Positions 61,285 to 64,000 of a stretch of 64,000 nucleotides of DNA are shown here, in pieces. The position numbers and the translations under genes are program-made. The notes below the pieces were generated by a model. The model worked only from the letters and a program-made list of their open reading frames with translations, had not been told where the DNA came from and ran no database searches. How positions within the stretch are numbered: position 1 is the first letter of the stretch; every line of letters starts with the position of its first letter. Source of the stretch: Iphione sp. A-MEVVRFRX5 (Eukaryota); the NCBI GenBank assembly GCA_976226885.1, contig OZ320315.1, positions 47,926,001 through 47,990,000 of the forward strand, in the 5' to 3' direction.

Positions 61285-64000
61285 TACGTTACTGCAGTGG
61301 TAAAAACAGGAAGTAAAGCATCATCATGCTTGTCTTACCCTACCGTATGAGATTCCTAATAGAGACAAATGGAAATAAACAGGGGAAAGATTATAACCTG
61401 AATTATTATTAAGGTCTAATCAGGATTAAAAGCACAAACTACATGTAATCCAATAACTCCGCCGGGGCAGTTTTGTCACATCAAACGCAAATGTCTTACA
61501 CTAATTGCAGTGGTTTTTAGAATTGTCTTTTTCATTATCATGTTACCTATAGGTCTGAGGTGTCTGGCGATAACCCTAAATTCGGAAACGCAAGAAAAAA
61601 ACATGCAATGCTAGTTTAACAGGGAATGGACAATTGGGCGTCTTGCACTGTAATGTCAGGCCTAACTTTAGAAACGAGGAAAGGATACTCACGACGAGGA
61701 GGGGGGGTGCGTCAAGAGGGGAAGGAGGGTTGGAAATACATCGCCAGGAAATTGTGCATCGTAAGGGAATCAAACATACAGGTGGCAATAAAAGGAAGAT
61801 AAGGAAGCTAGCGCAATTGGAATACACCTGGGTATTTTAGCCTGGGTATCATTTATCGATATCCGACTGCGGAAACATCTGTGACTGTATTGCTTTTGTT
61901 ACTTATTTTATGATTATGTCAATCCCAGCAATTCCTTGTTAACCCAAACCTTTTAATGCAATATTTGAATTCATGCATCTAAAAACAGAGAATGGTCTAT
62001 GGTTAGTTGATTCCTTACTTTAATTACTTTGATACAAAGAAAAATCGTCAGTCACCCAACGTCTGTCATATTTACTTATCTTGAACAACTGAAGGATATC
62101 ATTCGATTCTCCCCCGGATGCTCATGATAGTAAAATTGACAGCCAGGTAACCGACTATTGTCGATCCGGTCTTTCTAGAAGTCGTACCGTACGTAATAAA
62201 ACTATTTGGATGTGCGTTCGCCTAATCTCATCTAGTTAATGGACACTACACACGTTAAGGTCACATCTTTTTGGACCGCGCCGTAGCGTTTCCTGTAATC
62301 GCAATTCAGCGTACAACTCAAATCTGGAACTGGTACGTTGCCTGCAGATTGATTGGTGATGAAATTCCTCCAGCCGTACCAGATACAGTCGCCCTCTCAA
62401 GATTCCAAACTGCACAGTGAGACTGCTTTTCAAAGTGGTATTGCTCGCGTCAGTGGACTAAGAGCCTTCACTCGTGAGGGGAATCTTGCCCAAGAAAGAT
62501 TTTCGGGCTTTAACGTGTAGAAATACGCGGGAATCTTGACAGAAGCTTCATTGATTTTCCACCCTTCTCGAACGTGACAATGACACCGCTCTATAGCCCG
62601 CACATCGCCGCAGTAATGAGAAACAGAGCCGGCACAAAATTAATTTAATCATGAGTTTCAAAACCGTAGAAATCAGTTCCATTTAAATGGCTCTGTGGAA
62701 AGCGCTTGTGATGTGCGGAGAGTTTCATGTGGTGTCGCTTTTTAGTAAAGACTGTCGGTAATCATAATTTGGCTGTAATTAAATATTTGCTTATCATTTA
62801 TCATTGCCAATAACCTTCGACTTTAGACGTACATCAGTAAGACATTTTGGTTCAATGTTCACTCATTTCTTTACTTTCCACGAAAGATTATTTGTCTACT
62901 GGCAGTTTTGAACTAGTAACTTCAGGCAATTGATTGAAACTTTAATAATAGATAAAAAGTTGCAACGCACCCACTCAAATGAGGAAAGTAACAAAGAGAT
63001 GAAGAACGAGAGCGGCCAAGACCCAGGCGAAGAAGGAGGGGTTAGGGAGAGAGATGACAGACGTTGGAAATGAAAGCAAGCAGGCAGAAGTAGGCAAGGT
63101 GCACGGCAGTACTTTATCGACTATTATTTGATGTATTTATACTACTAAATTGGATGCTCTGTATAGATTTGCTCTCAAGTTTGCACACGTTTTGTTATTG
63201 GAGAGTAGTATGTTCATACACATACATGTACATGGGGTAGTTCACTAAATGTTGGTTCGTGCCAGCATACAAGAGGTCATCTAAATTCACTAAATCGGCG
63301 TTAGCTATGTGATAGCAAAATCTAATACATGTACGTGTATGTGCCTATATCACAATAAACCAATATACAATACTGGTTCCAAAACCAAGGTACAATACTG
63401 TTTTCGTTTGTCTCTCTGAACTCATTAAATTTCCTCAACTGTTAGTAAATTGAAATTTACTTACAATCAAGTGGTGGTCTTTAAGGAAACATAATTACTA
63501 TACCTCGGGCTTCGTATCTGCCCTGTTTACTCATTTCTATCCAGGATCTTATTTATTTTGCTTCTAGTAGATGTGCCCCTAATAATTTTTCTTGTCCCTT
63601 CAAACATTTCGACTCCTCTCCAATTAAAACATAGCATATTGTCTCTGTAACACAAGTATACGCTTCATGACTGCAGCGACTGGGAGAAGCGGGTTCCATT
63701 GTTACAAATGTCACATCCGTCCGATAGTAATCACCCGCTGAAATGGAATCAATTGCCGAAAGAACTCTGCCAGACGATCCACTCGAACAAGAACAAGAGA
63801 TAACGTTGCTGTGAGAATCAGACGCTTCCTTTCTGTGAATGCCTCTGGAAGCTCAATGTACTGCTATCTGGTGAAATCCCATAAAATGTGTCGGTCGAAA
63901 CCTACCTTATCTGTTCACCAATGCCATGTTACTCATGGGAGGGTGCTGGTGCCTTATCATTTCAGTCTAAGAGGCAGAAGTTTAATGCAGCGTTAACAAA

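Larger units (their letters stand above)
17143..64000 (+). other. Intron 2 of the CACNA2D-like gene (over 46.8 kb, runs past the window end)
   Basis: Starts at GTAGGT (17143). I checked + strand donor-like sites manually and found no roughly 117-nt phase 0/0 exon resembling alpha2delta exon 3. A manual scan could miss a divergent exon. Confidence 0.6.

Noticed and set aside
1-64000. CRISPR arrays, operons, tRNA/rRNA genes, known miRNAs and the other ORF-track ORFs
   Set aside because: No regularly spaced repeat-spacer array, no prokaryotic gene organisation, no intact cloverleaf or rRNA, and no match to conserved miRNAs I remember. Apart from the LINE pieces, the 60-155 aa ORFs show no recognisable domains and are consistent with chance.

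Overview
Eukaryotic genomic DNA with no prokaryotic gene-dense structure and no CRISPR array. Composition and very abundant TACATGTA motifs suggest an amphioxus (Branchiostoma)-type invertebrate; this is inferred, not proven. The window holds the 5' end of a + strand voltage-gated calcium channel alpha2/delta subunit gene (CACNA2D3/4-like), which the ORF track misses. Coding exon 1 (2629-2753) encodes a signal peptide, and the 82-nt exon 2 (17061-17142) joins it in frame: MAFTWLYVILCRRGAFSVGMVVILLSLTSRRGHAELNLPIRT/IDKWASEFGTTIYDVCRKATGLTDIQT. Intron 1 is 14.3 kb. I found no exon 3, so intron 2 appears to exceed 46.8 kb. The introns contain a 5'-truncated, decayed LINE, two copies of one MITE, a second MITE-like element, micro- and minisatellites, scattered CpG-rich islands and several unidentified decayed coding-like relics. 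The best leads are candidate recursive splice sites in intron 2 (strongest at 39753-39761), a degenerate Penelope-type hammerhead motif, a strongly self-folding GC-rich segment at about 22.85-23.07 kb, and a decayed antisense gene relic at about 38.9-39.5 kb. All leads are hypotheses from manual reading, and family comparisons are from memory. Nearly all ORF-track ORFs look spurious.
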